A stretch of 34,084 bases of DNA from Tubiluchus corallicola (Eukaryota > Animalia > Priapulida): the NCBI GenBank assembly GCA_030141605.1, contig JAQGDQ010001576.1, positions 1-34,084 of the forward strand, in the 5' to 3' direction. This document shows positions 1 through 13,142 of this stretch, piece after piece. The position numbers and the translations under genes are program-made. Under the pieces are notes generated by a model, which saw only the letters and a program-made list of their open reading frames with translations, did not search any database and was not told where the DNA came from. Position 1 is the first letter of the stretch, and each line of letters opens with the position of its first letter.

Positions 1-124
1 CCGCTGTGAATCCAAAAATCACTTTTCGAAGACAAAAGCAACGCATTTTTAGAGCAGATTTAGCCAGCTGAAGTGCAAAAACCTGATCTGATAACATACC
101 TCTTTGAGTGAAGTTGAACTGCAT
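1..124 (-). CDS. 5' end of an inverted copy of the carbohydrate sulfotransferase (runs off the left window edge)
   Basis: 1-124 is the reverse complement of 7960-8083 (MQFNFTQRGML...IFGFTA). Completeness cannot be seen. Confidence 0.8.
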   Translation of the reverse strand, partial: MQFNFTQRGMLSDQVFALQLAKSALKMRCFCLRKVIFGFTA

Positions 125-544
125 TTGGTGAGCAGATTTGAACTTCTTCTACGATAATTATGAATGAATAGATTCTCTTCGTGACATGAGCAGCATTATA
201 ATATTAAGTCAACTTTATCCAAAATCCTGAGTTTTCACAAAAAATTGTTAACCAAAAGTTTGAAATTATTGTTGGTGACATTAACGTGACGTGTGCCTAT
301 TACTTTCAAACAAAATCGTAAGCATTTTCAATTTTGCACCAATTTCTTCTTTGCGAAATTTTGTGATGTGCGCTGTTCTAGAGAACATCCATTAGCAATA
401 ACGAATAACTGCAAAAAACAACTCTATAACGTAATGGCGCTGATAAATGGTGCTTTAATAAGTACATTGAAATACGTTAAAAAACAATATAAAGTGATTT
501 TATCCAGCTATGAGTTCTTACTTGCATGTAATTGCGTATAGACA

Positions 545-2029
545 AAAAACTTTATATTATGCTCAAAAATTACCTTAATGCCCAAAAAAGCTGACAAAAG
601 CAACAATGTACAAATGTTACTAGTTCATGGACAAGAATATGAATTGTTTTTGGAAAATATGGAAGAAACGATATTGTCCAAAAAATGTAAAGTACACTAA
701 TAAGCTTAATGATTGTCAAGGATGAATCTTTGAAGACAGATGTACTTACTAAACTAACTAATTATTCTGAGAGCTCGTTCTATGACTGTACTGTTAGTGT
801 AGATGAAATATATGCCATGATACAAACCATGAGCAAAGGTAAATCAGCAGTCTATGATCAAATATATGCTGAACATTTGTTATATGCTCGTAGAGTATTA
901 TCACTGTACATAGCAATGCTGTTTAATCTTATATACAGACACTATTACGTGCTAAATGATTTTGGGAAAGGAATAATTATACCCCTTGTTAAAGAAAACA
1001 ATGGCGACCTAACAGATTTCAATAATTATCATGCAGTTGCACTAACTGCCAGTATCCAAAATTATTTGAATCTGTTTTACTGGCAAAGTTCGGTGATTGC
1101 TTAGAAAGTGACGAATTACAATTCGGTTTTAGAGTGGAATCAAGTTGCAGTCGTGCCATACGTACCATAAAAGAAACTGTAAATTTTTTCACCGCAAGAA
1201 ATAATCCTGTATATGTCGCATTTATAGATGCCTCCAAAGCTTTTGATAGAGTACTGCACAGAGGGTTGTTATATACTAAACTTATGGGTTGCGTCAAATG
1301 GCAAGATCAGTATAGTACACAGTTTTGTATAGAAACAGGTGTCAAGCAAGGAGGTGTAGTATCACCGATTTTATATGCTGCATATACAGACGACCTTATA
1401 CGTTAATTGCGTTCAGCTGGTTATGGTTGTTATGTGGCAGATATTTTTGTAGGCACTGTCATGTATGCTGATGACATTGCCTTGTTGTCAGGGTCATGTA
1501 GACACGTGAAATGCTTAAAATCTGTGAAAAATATGGTGTAGAATGGGTTTCTCATTTGATCCTAATAAAACATGGCTTCTTTATTTTGGCAAAAGCTTTA
1601 CTGGAGAGGTTGTAATCTGTTTTTGCGGTAAACAGCTGATCTGGAAACAGACAGTAAAGCATTTGGGATGCGATATTTTGACAAGTGATGTTTTCTATTG
1701 ATGTTTCAAGGATAAAAAGAAAATTTATTGGTCCCGTGAATAATATTCTCTGAAGTATGAGCCATAATCGTAATGACATAGTAGCTAAAACTCTAATCAA
1801 TACATATTGTCTACCCATTTTATTATACGGATGCCAAATTGCGGGTATATCAAACAATGAAGTTAATGCCATCAGTGTAAAATGGAACACTGCTTATAGA
1901 AAAATATTCGATTTTAGACAAAATGTAAGCGTCAAATTGTTAAATTAAACAAAAATGTAAAATTAAAGGCTAAAAATATCATTTAAAGATTATGTTTTAA
2001 GATACCTATTATAGCTCCTTCCAACACTG
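545..2029 (+). mobile_element. Degenerate non-LTR retrotransposon (LINE) RT fragment, 3' tail cut off by the inversion junction
   Basis: RT motifs across frames: GIIIPLVK..GDLTDFNNYHAVALT, FIDASKAFDRV, GVKQGGVVSPILY, MYADDIALL (~1461-1490), VKHLG, LPILLYG. Frameshifted. 5' boundary approximate. Confidence 0.9.
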
Positions 2030-4060
2030 GCTATTATTAGCTTCAGGAAAGGGAGCCATGCATGCAGGATCTCCAGGAAATAAAACTGGTAAGTCTAGGC
2101 TAGCTTTCTGGTCATAGTAGAACTGTTGTCTGTTCTTTTCTTCTCCAAATTTTCTTTGAATATCTTGCATATCATAGGTCTGAGGTTTTAGCAATTCAAC
2201 TGATGTGGAATTTTAGTTCTCAGCCTCCTAGACATTAGAAGTTGACACGGAGACAAGCCACAGCTTAAAGGTGTAGTACGGTAATCAAGCAAAGCATACT
2301 GTTTATCCTCACATTTCTTCCATAAACTTTTGACAATTTGCACCCCTCTTTCCGACTGTCCATTTGACTAAGGATACATTGGCAAAGAAGTCACATGTCT
2401 GATACCATACTCTTCATGAAACTTATCAAACCCATCGAACTATACTGTTGTCATTATCAGTACTTCTGGTATTCCATGTCTGCAAATCTGATTCTTCAGC
2501 TTATCAATAACACACGAGCTAGTCATGTCTTCCAACTGTTCTACTTCAATGTATTTTGAAAAATAATCCATTGTAACAAAGTAGTGCTTTATTACCATTC
2601 AAACAAATTAGATGCTAAATCCATCCATGGAGCTTCTGGTGTCTTAGTTGCACATAAGGGCTCTTTTGTTTTTGATTGTTTTGATATGTGTTGCATAAAT
2701 CACAGTCACCAATCTATTCTTCAATTTGTGCCGACATGCCTGGCCAAAACAACAAATCACGTGCTTTCTTTTTACACTTTACAATTCCCATGTGAGTGTT
2801 GTGCACTTGACGCAACATGTTTTTCTCATGCTTGGCGGAACTACAATACGTTGACCTTTGTAAACCATACCATCATACACAGCAAAACTATCTCTGTCTT
2901 TCCAAAAAGGTCTAACTAAATGTGGAACTTCTTTACAAGTGTCTGGCCAACCATTTAATATCATTTTGTACAACTCATATAATTCATTTGCTGTTGTCCC
3001 CTGAAACTGTTTGTATCTGTCTGGTGCCACTGATATGTGCTGTACCATATTAACATACAGTTTTATTTCCGGAGCTACATCTGATGAGTTAGCACGACTT
3101 AGCATATCACCTATCACTACTTCTTTGCGTGGTTTGTACATCATTTTAATATTGTACGGCTGTAATTTAAGGAGCATAGATTGTAGTCTCATCGGTGCTG
3201 ATGATAATGATAACGGAAAATAATTTGCAATGGTTTATGAACATTTTCTACTCTGATCTCTCTACCGAAAATGTAGTAGTGAAATTTGCTACAACAATGC
3301 ACAATGGACAACATTTCTTTGTGTCAATCTTTGTTCTCCTTCACTCATTATTCTAGATGTGTAGGCCACAGGTTGACCGTCTTGCAGCAAAACACCCCCA
3401 ACTGCATAACTACTTGCATCACATTGGATCACTTGCTGGTGTTTGGGATCATGCACTGCCAACACTGGAGATTTACATGCCAGATATTTGAGTTTCTGGC
3501 AACTTTCCATTTGAGGTTTGTCCCAGTGAAACAGAGTTTTGTCTCTTATTATTTCCCTTAGTGGTGCATTTATTTCACTTAGTTCAGGAATAAATTTTCC
3601 TAGATACTGCATAAAACCTAGAAATCGTCGTACATCTTCCTTGCATGTGGGTGCAGGCATTTCTTGTGCTACTCTTACTTTGCCTGAATCTGCTCTTACT
3701 CCTATAGCATAACCACATGACCGTCATACTTAACTTCAGCTGGCATTTATAAAAAAATTATTTTAGGTTCCATTCACTAGTTTTTACATAGTTAGGTCAT
3801 GATGTTCATTGTCTGTACCAGCTACTATGGCATCATCCATGATTGCACGTGCTCCATCAATATCTTCAACCATTTTATCCATAATTCTTTGATAAATTTC
3901 CAGTGCTGACTTAACACCAAAAGGAAGCTTTAGCCATCTATAGCTTCCTAATGGTGTATTCATTGTGATCAAAAGACTGCATTCATAATCCAAAGGAATT
4001 TGGAGACAGCCCGACTTTGCATCCACAACAGAGAACACTTTTGCATCGGGCATTGAAGAT
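2025..4060 (-). mobile_element. Ty3/Gypsy pol remnant (RT-RNaseH-integrase), copy 1, truncated at the inversion junction
   Basis: VDAKSG..LPFGVKSA..IMDD (RT), QCDASSYAVGGVLLQ (RNase H), integrase fragments. Essentially identical to 10686-12720. Confidence 0.92.
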
Positions 4061-4300
4061 TTGGATGTCTTCAATCCTCTAAGAAGTCTTCTAGGAGAAC
4101 CTCTGTTTCCCGAGAAGTCCTCTTTCCTCTACAAGTCTTCTGTCTTCTAGGAAGTCCTGTAGGGAATCAGTAGGAAGACCTTTGTCTTCTTGGAAGTCCT
4201 CTGTCCTTTTGGAAGTCTTTTATCCTCCAGGAAGTCATCTAGGAAGACATTTGTCTTCAAGAAAATTCCTGTCCTTCAACAGGTCATCTGCCCTATAGAA
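4060..4300. repeat. Degenerate ~20-bp tandem repeat (ggaagtcctctgtcttct-like) abutting the 5'-truncated Gypsy RT; copy at ~12720-12960
   Basis: gaagtc / gtcttc / aggaag motifs recur at roughly 20-bp spacing. Confidence 0.55.
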
Positions 4301-4428
4301 CATGTCAGCCATTACTGACAATGTGGAAAAAAATCCAAAATACGAATCAATGGATAACAATCATAACATAAGTGAGGAAAAAGTAAATGCGAGTGTTGTA
4401 AAGTATTCCAATAAATAATCACATGAAC

Positions 4429-4430
<2 letters not shown>

Positions 4431-4502
<72 letters not shown>
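4431..4502. repeat. (AAT)24 microsatellite
   Basis: Pure AAT run; it explains the poly-Leu ORF 4361..4546. Confidence 0.95.
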
Positions 4503-4504
<2 letters not shown>

Positions 4505-5915
4505 ACTTAATTTTTTGGAAAAATTCCTTGTAAAAAAATAACGCATATGTGTTTAAATAACTGAAAAAGAAATGCAAAAACAGAGAAGAGCAGTTAATTT
4601 ATGTCAGTGCTGAAAAGTAAAAAGACATTTAGTTCACACCCATTTGTCTATCTCATTTAGTTCACCGTTAACAGTTTGCTTAGTTCGACAGTATCAATTC
4701 AATTCAATTCAATTTTATTTTCTCAATAGCAGTTTAAATTCGACATAATTATTGAGTAGCAGAAATGTATATTTAATCTAGTCAAATTTTTAAATAGTAA
4801 GCTAGAAATTCTTGAGAATTGAATACGAGGTTACATTGTGAATAATAACAATGGTTATACAATATGCATAAATTTATGGCAAAACAGATACAGTGACGTA
4901 AAGATGCAATACAAAAAATCAATAAATATCTCATATCAAATGAAAGCAAAAAAAAACAAACTAAATTCTTCAAGGTAAGCAAAAATTGTCAAATAATAAA
5001 GTGATTATAACAAGCAAAACACAATTTAACTTAAGATAAAAAGAAGTTATCACAAGCAAAGCAAAAGAGAATTCACCTTTGGGCAAAAATTATATCACAC
5101 AAAAGCAACAAAATCAAACTCAAGAGCAAAAACAAAATTCAGTTTAAAGCAAAACATATACTAAGCAACAGTAACCAAAATCAGGGCAAGGCGAAACTAA
5201 AAAGTCAAAACAAGGCTAGAACAAAATATATAATTTGGCGAACAGAATTTATGGGATGCAACTTTCAATCCAAAAGCAAAGCAGAGTAACCGAATATATT
5301 CATGCAATAAATAAAACTTTCTGAATACGGGTACTTATATCCAAGTAATTCCTTCTTAAGGGGCACTGCCTTAGGTTCTACGGAGCATTGCTATAGTTTT
5401 GATGTTAGTTGTACTAATAATGAGGATGTATTGTCGATCTGTGCTTGTAATACATCCTTTTGTTACTTGCCCTGTGCATAACCTTTGTTCTGAAAAGCAT
5501 GCAGCGAAGCCACCTGAATGTTCAAGTAGGCAAAGCCAAGGTCAGCTACCTTTGCTACCTGCTACTTCGCAACATTCCGCTTCCCAAGCCTAGCGTGAGT
5601 ACTTGGGGCATGTCTAATATTGATTTTCTTTCAGGGCACGCGGCTAGCAATCCAAATGCAGCATTGGGCACGCGAGTTAGTCCAAGTAATCAAAATTTTG
5701 GGCAAAATATTTTTGTAATAAATTGTCATTTTGATTTTATTATTCGGATTCGGTTTTGGTTTGGCATTGACTTAGTTGAGACATGTCGCACGGTGTAGGT
5801 CGCGGGGCCATCCGTCCTGCCTCCATTAAAAGCGGAGAGCAGTCCAATATGATGGTTTTTTATCAATGGAAATATATTGTTTTCGATTAGCCAACTATGA
5901 TTCAATCAATATACA

Positions 5916-7540
5916 ATTATTATTATTAGTTTATTTCGTATAAAAATATACAGCTTACAAAGATAAAGATATCAGTAAAGAAACGTATCTACAGAAATTC
6001 AACTTTATAATAACAACTCATTGTAGCACCCTTATAATTATATTACAGTATACAGTGTTGGAAGGAGCTATAATAGGTATCTTAAAACATAATCTTTAAA
6101 TGATATTTTTAGCCTTTAATTTTACATTTTTGTTTAATTTAACAATTTGACGCTTACATTTTGTCTAAAATCGAATATTTTTCTATAAGCAGTGTTCCAT
6201 TTTACACTGATGGCATTAACTTCATTGTTTGATATACCCGCAATTTGGCATCCGTATAATAAAATGGGTAGACAATATGTATTGATTAGAGTTTTAGCTA
6301 CTATGTCATTACGATTATGGCTCATACTTCAGAGAATATTATTCACGGGACCAATAAATTTTCTTTTTATCCTTGAAACATCAATAGAAAACATCACTTG
6401 TCAAAATATCGCATCCCAAATGCTTTACTGTCTGTTTCCAGATCAGCTGTTTACCGCAAAAACAGATTACAATCTCTGCAGTAAAGCTTTTGCCAAGATA
6501 AAGAAGCCATGTTTTATTGGGATTAAATGAGATAATCCATTCTACATCATATTTTTCACAGATTTTAAGCATTTCACGTGTCTACATGACCCTGACAACA
6601 AGGCAATGTCATCAGCATACATGACAGTGCCTACAAAAATATCTGCCACATAACAACCATAACCAGCTGAACGCAATTAACGTATAAGGTCGTCTGTATA
6701 TGCAGCATATAAAATCGGTGATACTACACCTCCTTGCTTGACACCTGTTTCTATACAAAACTGTGTACTATACTGATCTTGCCATTTGACGCAACCCATA
6801 AGTTTAGTATATAACAACCCTCTGTGCAGTACTCTATCAAAAGCTTTGGAGGCATCTATAAATGCGACATATACAGGATTATTTCTTGCGGTGAAAAAAT
6901 TTACAGTTTCTTTTATGGTACGTATGGCACGACTGCAACTTGATTCCACTCTAAAACCGAATTGTAATTCGTCACTTTCTAAGCAATCACCGAACTTTGC
7001 CAGTAAAACAGATTCAAATAATTTTGGATACTGGCAGTTAGTGCAACTGCATGATAATTATTGAAATCTGTTAGGTCGCCATTGTTTTCTTTAACAAGGG
7101 GTATAATTATTCCTTTCCCAAAATCATTTAGCACGTAATAGTGTCTGTATATAAGATTAAACAGCATTGCTATGTACAGTGATAATACTCTACGAGCATA
7201 TAACAAATGTTCAGCATATATTTGATCATAGACTGCTGATTTACCTTTGCTCATGGTTTGTATCATGGCATATATTTCATCTACACTAACAGTACAGTCA
7301 TAGAACGAGCTCTCAGAATAATTAGTTAGTTTAGTAAGTACATCTGTCTTCAAAGATTCATCCTTGACAATCATTAAGCTTATTAGTGTACTTTACATTT
7401 TTTGGACAATATCGTTTCTTCCATATTTTCCAAAAACAATTCATATTCTTGTCCATGAACTAGTAACATTTGTACATTGTTGCTTTTGTCAGCTTTTTTG
7501 GGCATTAAGGTAATTTTTGAGCATAATATAAAGTTATTTT
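5916..7540 (-). mobile_element. Degenerate 5'-truncated LINE RT fragment with 3' tail (copy 2)
   Basis: Same RT motifs as 545-2029. On the minus strand it ends in AATAAA followed by a short (AAT)n tail at 5935-5916. Confidence 0.9.
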
Positions 7541-7959
7541 GTCTAGACGCAATTACATGTACGTAAGAACTCATAGCTGGATAAAATCACTTTATATTGT
7601 TTTTCAACGTGTTTCAATGTACTTATCAAAGCACCATTTATCAGCGCCATTACGTTATAGAGTTGTTTTTTGCAGTTATTCGTTATTGCTAATGGATGTT
7701 CTCTAGAACAGCGCACATCACAAAATTTCGCAAAGAAGAAATTGGTGCAAAATTGAAAATGCTTACGATTTTGTTTGAAAGTAATAGGCACACGTCACGT
7801 TAATGTCACCAACAATAATTTCAAACTTTTGGTTAACAATTTTTTGTGAAAACTCAGGATTTTGGATAAAGTTGACTTAATATTATAATGCTGCTCATGT
7901 CACGAAGAGAATCTATTCATTCATAATTATCGTAGAAGAAGTTCAAATCTGCTCACCAA

Positions 7960-9042
7960 ATGCAGTTCAACTTCACTCAAAGAGGTATGTTATCAGATCA
8001 GGTTTTTGCACTTCAGCTGGCTAAATCTGCTCTAAAAATGCGTTGCTTTTGTCTTCGAAAAGTGATTTTTGGATTCACAGCGGTTTGTTTACTAACATTA
8101 TTAATCGCCTACAAAATAAAAGTTTTGAGTCTCGGTGAGCGCAAGTTCATTACTTTCGGTGAAAATTCAAAGCTTTTCACATCTAATGCACGTTCAGGAG
8201 ATATTTGGCAATATTTGTCATCATACGCAGACGACTACAGACTACAGACATACACAGAGAGACTGGAGCTGATTGATAAAGTCTGCAAGAAAAAGAACAT
8301 TTCTGCTGCTGTTGAGTCCAATTTGAAATATATTATAGTTAATGATAAGTATAAATTGCTGTATTGTCATATTCCAAAGATTGCTACAACTACATGGAAA
8401 CGAATCTTGACGGCTTTGGAACAAAACCGAGAAATGAAGAGCATTCGTGCAATGGAAGCACATTATAAACAAAACGAGAATCATCTTGGAAAGTATTCTC
8501 AAGCAGAAAGACAGTTCCGTTTGAGCAGTTATTTTAAGTTTCTCTTTGTGCGACATCCTTTGGATAGAATTGTCTCAGCGTTTCAAGATAAAGTTAATAG
8601 ATCGTCAAACGTCCCTGATGTGCAAAGATACTTGAATGCAAGCAAGACTTATCACGACAAAATTCAGCTTCAACAAGGACGAAGTGTTGACATGAAGAGA
8701 TTCAACGAATTTATTTTGTTTTTGTTGGACAAATCTTCTCGTTCACCTAAAAATCAAAGACATATAAATGAACATTGGAGATCTTATATAACTCTGTGTA
8801 ATCCGTGTGCCATACATTACGATTTTCTCGGAAAATACGAAACCATTCAAGAAGACGCCAATTTTGTCTTTAATGTATTAAACGTAAGTAGAAAAGGTGT
8901 GAAATGGCCTAGTAAAGAAAGGTCAAATCAATTAAAGTATTCGTATCAAAATTACTTTCAACATGTTGCAACTGATGTCTGTAAAAGATTGTGCCAACTT
9001 TACGCCTATGATTTTAAGTTATTTGATTATAATTGTCGGTAA
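7960..9042 (+). CDS. Carbohydrate sulfotransferase, Sulfotransfer_2 / HNK-1ST family (CHST11-like), intronless type II Golgi membrane protein
   Basis: N-terminal TM segment (IFGFTAVCLLTLLIAY), 5'-PSB CHIPKIATTTWKR, 3'-PB FLFVRHPLDRIVSAFQDK, HWR..LCNPC..YDFLGKYETI.EDA, C-terminal LYAYDFKLFDY. The true start may be the ATG at 8038. Confidence 0.95.
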   Translation: MQFNFTQRGMLSDQVFALQLAKSALKMRCFCLRKVIFGFTAVCLLTLLIAYKIKVLSLGERKFITFGENSKLFTSNARSGDIWQYLSSYADDYRLQTYTERLELIDKVCKKKNISAAVESNLKYIIVNDKYKLLYCHIPKIATTTWKRILTALEQNREMKSIRAMEAHYKQNENHLGKYSQAERQFRLSSYFKFLFVRHPLDRIVSAFQDKVNRSSNVPDVQRYLNASKTYHDKIQLQQGRSVDMKRFNEFILFLLDKSSRSPKNQRHINEHWRSYITLCNPCAIHYDFLGKYETIQEDANFVFNVLNVSRKGVKWPSKERSNQLKYSYQNYFQHVATDVCKRLCQLYAYDFKLFDYNCR

Positions 9043-9679
9043 GAAAGTGCGAATATTGACAGCAAAATCGATAATTTGGATGAAATTATGGAATTTTAAT
9101 TATTGCTCTACCGCCATGTGAAAATTCAAACACTGATTTTTTTTTTTGTATTATCGGGCCCACATAAATTCAAAATTGCTGATCTTTCTCCTTTCTACAT
9201 TGTTGCAATGTTTCCCTAATGAAAACCAAGAGGAAGAGAGTAACATATTAGAGTAAACATTGCGAAACTTCACATTAGTGTCGCGGATTCTCGCGAATGA
9301 GATGAACAGAATTCCTGAACAACGGTTCAACGGTTCCTACAGTTGTGCAAATTTTAGGCTGTAATTTTTGCATGAGTTAATCCTTGGTAACTCTTGTTTC
9401 AAACTGAAGTTATAAATTTCGTCAATACCTCTGTACAGGCGACCACTTGTGATATCTACAAGTTGCATCATAATTATAACCTCGTTGGTTCATTTTCTTT
9501 TTCTAATCGTTATGTGCTAGTTTGGGTTCGTTTTTTATGTGACAATTTAACGCTTATAGACTGAAAGTAAATTTGTGCTTATATTTGCGGCTTGTTTCAT
9601 TTTATTGCCTTTTCCTGTATATACATAGTTTGCATGATTGTTTTTTACGTCAAAGTTTATTATCTTTGCAATTATATAC

Positions 9680-9790
9680 TGTTTTCATGAACATGCTGAC
9701 AGATATGCACAAATGATGTGTTTATTACCATAATTATCCACAAGTAATATGGGTAACCTTTTGGTACAAGATTCTACATCTATGACTACA
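9680..9790 (-). repeat. Putative 111-bp 3' LTR of the Gypsy element
   Basis: Starts TGTAGTCAT right after the PPT, contains AATAAA, and ends ATGAAAACA (imperfect terminal inverted repeat). No second LTR in the window to confirm the end. Confidence 0.55.
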
Positions 9791-12720
9791 TCTCCCTTTT
9801 TCTCAAAGCGGTACAATCTTATTAACCTCAAAACGTAATTTAAATGTCAACTTCCAAGTCTACTACATTAAATACGAAAGTGTGTCAATTACAAAACTTC
9901 AGCAAAGCTTCTTCCACAGTTTCACTACATTCACTTCTGCATAATTTGCCGAATTAGCTTAGGACACAAAAGAAAGGGAACTTTCTAATTTACAGTTCAA
10001 TAGTAGCTATGATATGGTACAGAAAAGCAACAATTCCAGCAATACAATGGAATGAACTTAATTTTCATTTAACTATGACTGTGAGGAGTACTCAAACAAA
10101 TCACGAATGCACGTCTGCTGCAAACAGTTACACACTGAACTTTTAGAAACCAAATTTACAGATTAACTTTGTACTTCATACTAGTCTACAACCATTTGAC
10201 TTCTTTAGCAGATAAGTGCTAATGCAATATGCACAAAATTTGAACTTGTGAACAGGAAAACACAAGTAACTTGCAGTTAATAATCGAATCTTTTTGGTGG
10301 CTTTGACACACGGCCACTTCTAGTAGTAACTACATTTTCCTCTGGTATTTCCTTACGATTAGGATTTTTGGCATTTACATCCTGAGGAACTTTCATTTTT
10401 GGAGCAACCTGATTTCCATTAGACTTGTCTTCTAAATTATTGGCTGAAACATCTGGTATATGTATATTTTGATTATTCATCCTAGGTATATAAGTAGCTT
10501 TAGGAAGTTCATACTGAATCAATTGGCTTCTAGTTGGATAGGAACTAAGACGTTGTTTTCCTTCACTGTTAGCTTGGTAAGTAGATAAATGTAGGAAATT
10601 CCGATTTCGCCGATACTTCTTGGCATTATACCCAACAATATAAGACCTTGGAGTATTATTATGTGCTATAACTGTAGCCGGTAGCCACTGGCTATTATTA
10701 GCTTCAGGAAAGGGAGCCATGCATGCAGGATCTCCAGGAAATAAAACTGGTAAGTCTAGGCTAGCTTTCTGGTCATAGTAGAACTGTTGTCTGTTCTTTT
10801 CTTCTCCAAATTTTCTTTGAATATCTTGCATATCATAGGTCTGAGGTTTTAGCAATTCAACTGATGTGGAATTTTAGTTCTCAGCCTCCTAGACATTAGA
10901 AGTTGACACGGAGACAAGCCACAGCTTAAAGGTGTAGTACGGTAATCAAGCAAAGCATACTGTTTATCCTCACATTTCTTCCATAAACTTTTGACAATTT
11001 GCACCCCTCTTTCCGACTGTCCATTTGACTAAGGATACATTGGCAAAGAAGTCACATGTCTGATACCATACTCTTCATGAAACTTATCAAACCCATCGAA
11101 CTATACTGTTGTCATTATCAGTACTTCTGGTATTCCATGTCTGCAAATCTGATTCTTCAGCTTATCAATAACACACGAGCTAGTCATGTCTTCCAACTGT
11201 TCTACTTCAATGTATTTTGAAAAATAATCCATTGTAACAAAGTAGTGCTTTATTACCATTCAAACAAATTAGATGCTAAATCCATCCATGGAGCTTCTGG
11301 TGTCTTAGTTGCACATAAGGGCTCTTTTGTTTTTGATTGTTTTGATATGTGTTGCATAAATCACAGTCACCAATCTATTCTTCAATTTGTGCCGACATGC
11401 CTGGCCAAAACAACAAATCACGTGCTTTCTTTTTACACTTTACAATTCCCATGTGAGTGTTGTGCACTTGACGCAACATGTTTTTCTCATGCTTGGCGGA
11501 ACTACAATACGTTGACCTTTGTAAACCATACCATCATACACAGCAAAACTATCTCTGTCTTTCCAAAAAGGTCTAACTAAATGTGGAACTTCTTTACAAG
11601 TGTCTGGCCAACCATTTAATATCATTTTGTACAACTCATATAATTCATTTGCTGTTGTCCCCTGAAACTGTTTGTATCTGTCTGGTGCCACTGATATGTG
11701 CTGTACCATATTAACATACAGTTTTATTTCCGGAGCTACATCTGATGAGTTAGCACGACTTAGCATATCACCTATCACTACTTCTTTGCGTGGTTTGTAC
11801 ATCATTTTAATATTGTACGGCTGTAATTTAAGGAGCATAGATTGTAGTCTCATCGGTGCTGATGATAATGATAACGGAAAATAATTTGCAATGGTTTATG
11901 AACATTTTCTACTCTGATCTCTCTACCGAAAATGTAGTAGTGAAATTTGCTACAACAATGCACAATGGACAACATTTCTTTGTGTCAATCTTTGTTCTCC
12001 TTCACTCATTATTCTAGATGTGTAGGCCACAGGTTGACCGTCTTGCAGCAAAACACCCCCAACTGCATAACTACTTGCATCACATTGGATCACTTGCTGG
12101 TGTTTGGGATCATGCACTGCCAACACTGGAGATTTACATGCCAGATATTTGAGTTTCTGGCAACTTTCCATTTGAGGTTTGTCCCAGTGAAACAGAGTTT
12201 TGTCTCTTATTATTTCCCTTAGTGGTGCATTTATTTCACTTAGTTCAGGAATAAATTTTCCTAGATACTGCATAAAACCTAGAAATCGTCGTACATCTTC
12301 CTTGCATGTGGGTGCAGGCATTTCTTGTGCTACTCTTACTTTGCCTGAATCTGCTCTTACTCCTATAGCATAACCACATGACCGTCATACTTAACTTCAG
12401 CTGGCATTTATAAAAAAATTATTTTAGGTTCCATTCACTAGTTTTTACATAGTTAGGTCATGATGTTCATTGTCTGTACCAGCTACTATGGCATCATCCA
12501 TGATTGCACGTGCTCCATCAATATCTTCAACCATTTTATCCATAATTCTTTGATAAATTTCCAGTGCTGACTTAACACCAAAAGGAAGCTTTAGCCATCT
12601 ATAGCTTCCTAATGGTGTATTCATTGTGATCAAAAGACTGCATTCATAATCCAAAGGAATTTGGAGACAGCCCGACTTTGCATCCACAACAGAGAACACT
12701 TTTGCATCGGGCATTGAAGA
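9680..12720 (-). mobile_element. Ty3/Gypsy (Mag/K02A2.6-like) 3' half: RT-RH-IN remnant, 3' UTR, PPT and short LTR
   Basis: Frameshifted RT, RH and IN. IN C-terminus WLPATV..TPRSYIV..YRRNR..TTRSGRVSKPPKR. Polypurine tract GAGAAAAAGGGAGA (9804-9791) is followed directly by TG. Confidence 0.9.
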
Positions 12721-13089
12721 TTTGGATGTCTTCAATCCTCTAAGAAGTCTTCTAAGAGAACCTCTGTTTCCCGAGAAGTCCTCTTTCCTCTACAAGTCTT
12801 CTGTCTTCTAGGAAGTCCTGTAGGGAATCAGTAGGAAGACCTTTGTCTTCTTGGAAGTCCTCTGTCCTTTTGGAAGTCTTTTATCCTCCAGGAAGTCATC
12901 TAGGAAGACATTTGTCTTCAAGAAAATTCCTGTCCTTCAACAGGTCATCTGCCCTATAGAACATGTCAGCCATTACTGACAATGTGGAAAAAAATCCAAA
13001 ATACGAATCAATGGATAACAATCATAACATAAGTGAGGAAAAAGTAAATGCGAGTGTTGTAAAGTATTCCAATAAATAATCACATGAAC

Positions 13090-13091
<2 letters not shown>

Positions 13092-13120
<29 letters not shown>

Positions 13121-13142
13121 TAATAATAATAATAATAATAAT
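13092..13142. repeat. (AAT)17 microsatellite with one AAC interruption
   Basis: Paralog of 4431-4502, 21 bp shorter. Confidence 0.92.

Larger units (their letters stand above)
1..2029. repeat. Left arm of a long inverted repeat, pairing with 6053-8083 and 14691-16720
   Basis: ORF track is mirrored (709..1104+ = 6979..7374- = 15617..16012-). Base-level reverse-complement match ends at 2029 / 6053. Confidence 0.97.
2025..8231 (+). repeat. Direct segmental duplication, copy 1 (partner 10686-16868)
   Basis: Identical ORFs at offsets of 8661 falling to 8637. The match starts at cactgg (2025/10686) and ends at tacgcaga (8231/16868). Confidence 0.97.

Noticed and set aside
4361-4546. Poly-Leu membrane protein ORF
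   Set aside because: It is the translation of the (AAT)n microsatellite.
5805-5856. GC-rich hairpin with an AAAA loop (SECIS or HDV ribozyme?)
   Set aside because: It lacks the AUGA/GA quartet, and I could not build an HDV double pseudoknot.
8242-8556. Antisense ORFs over the sulfotransferase, Gypsy and LINE sequences
   Set aside because: They are shadow frames with no recognisable motifs.
2025-10685. The 8.65-kb unit as a Helitron carrying the sulfotransferase
   Set aside because: I found no hairpin-CTAG|TC junction or piece of the local Helitron family inside the unit.
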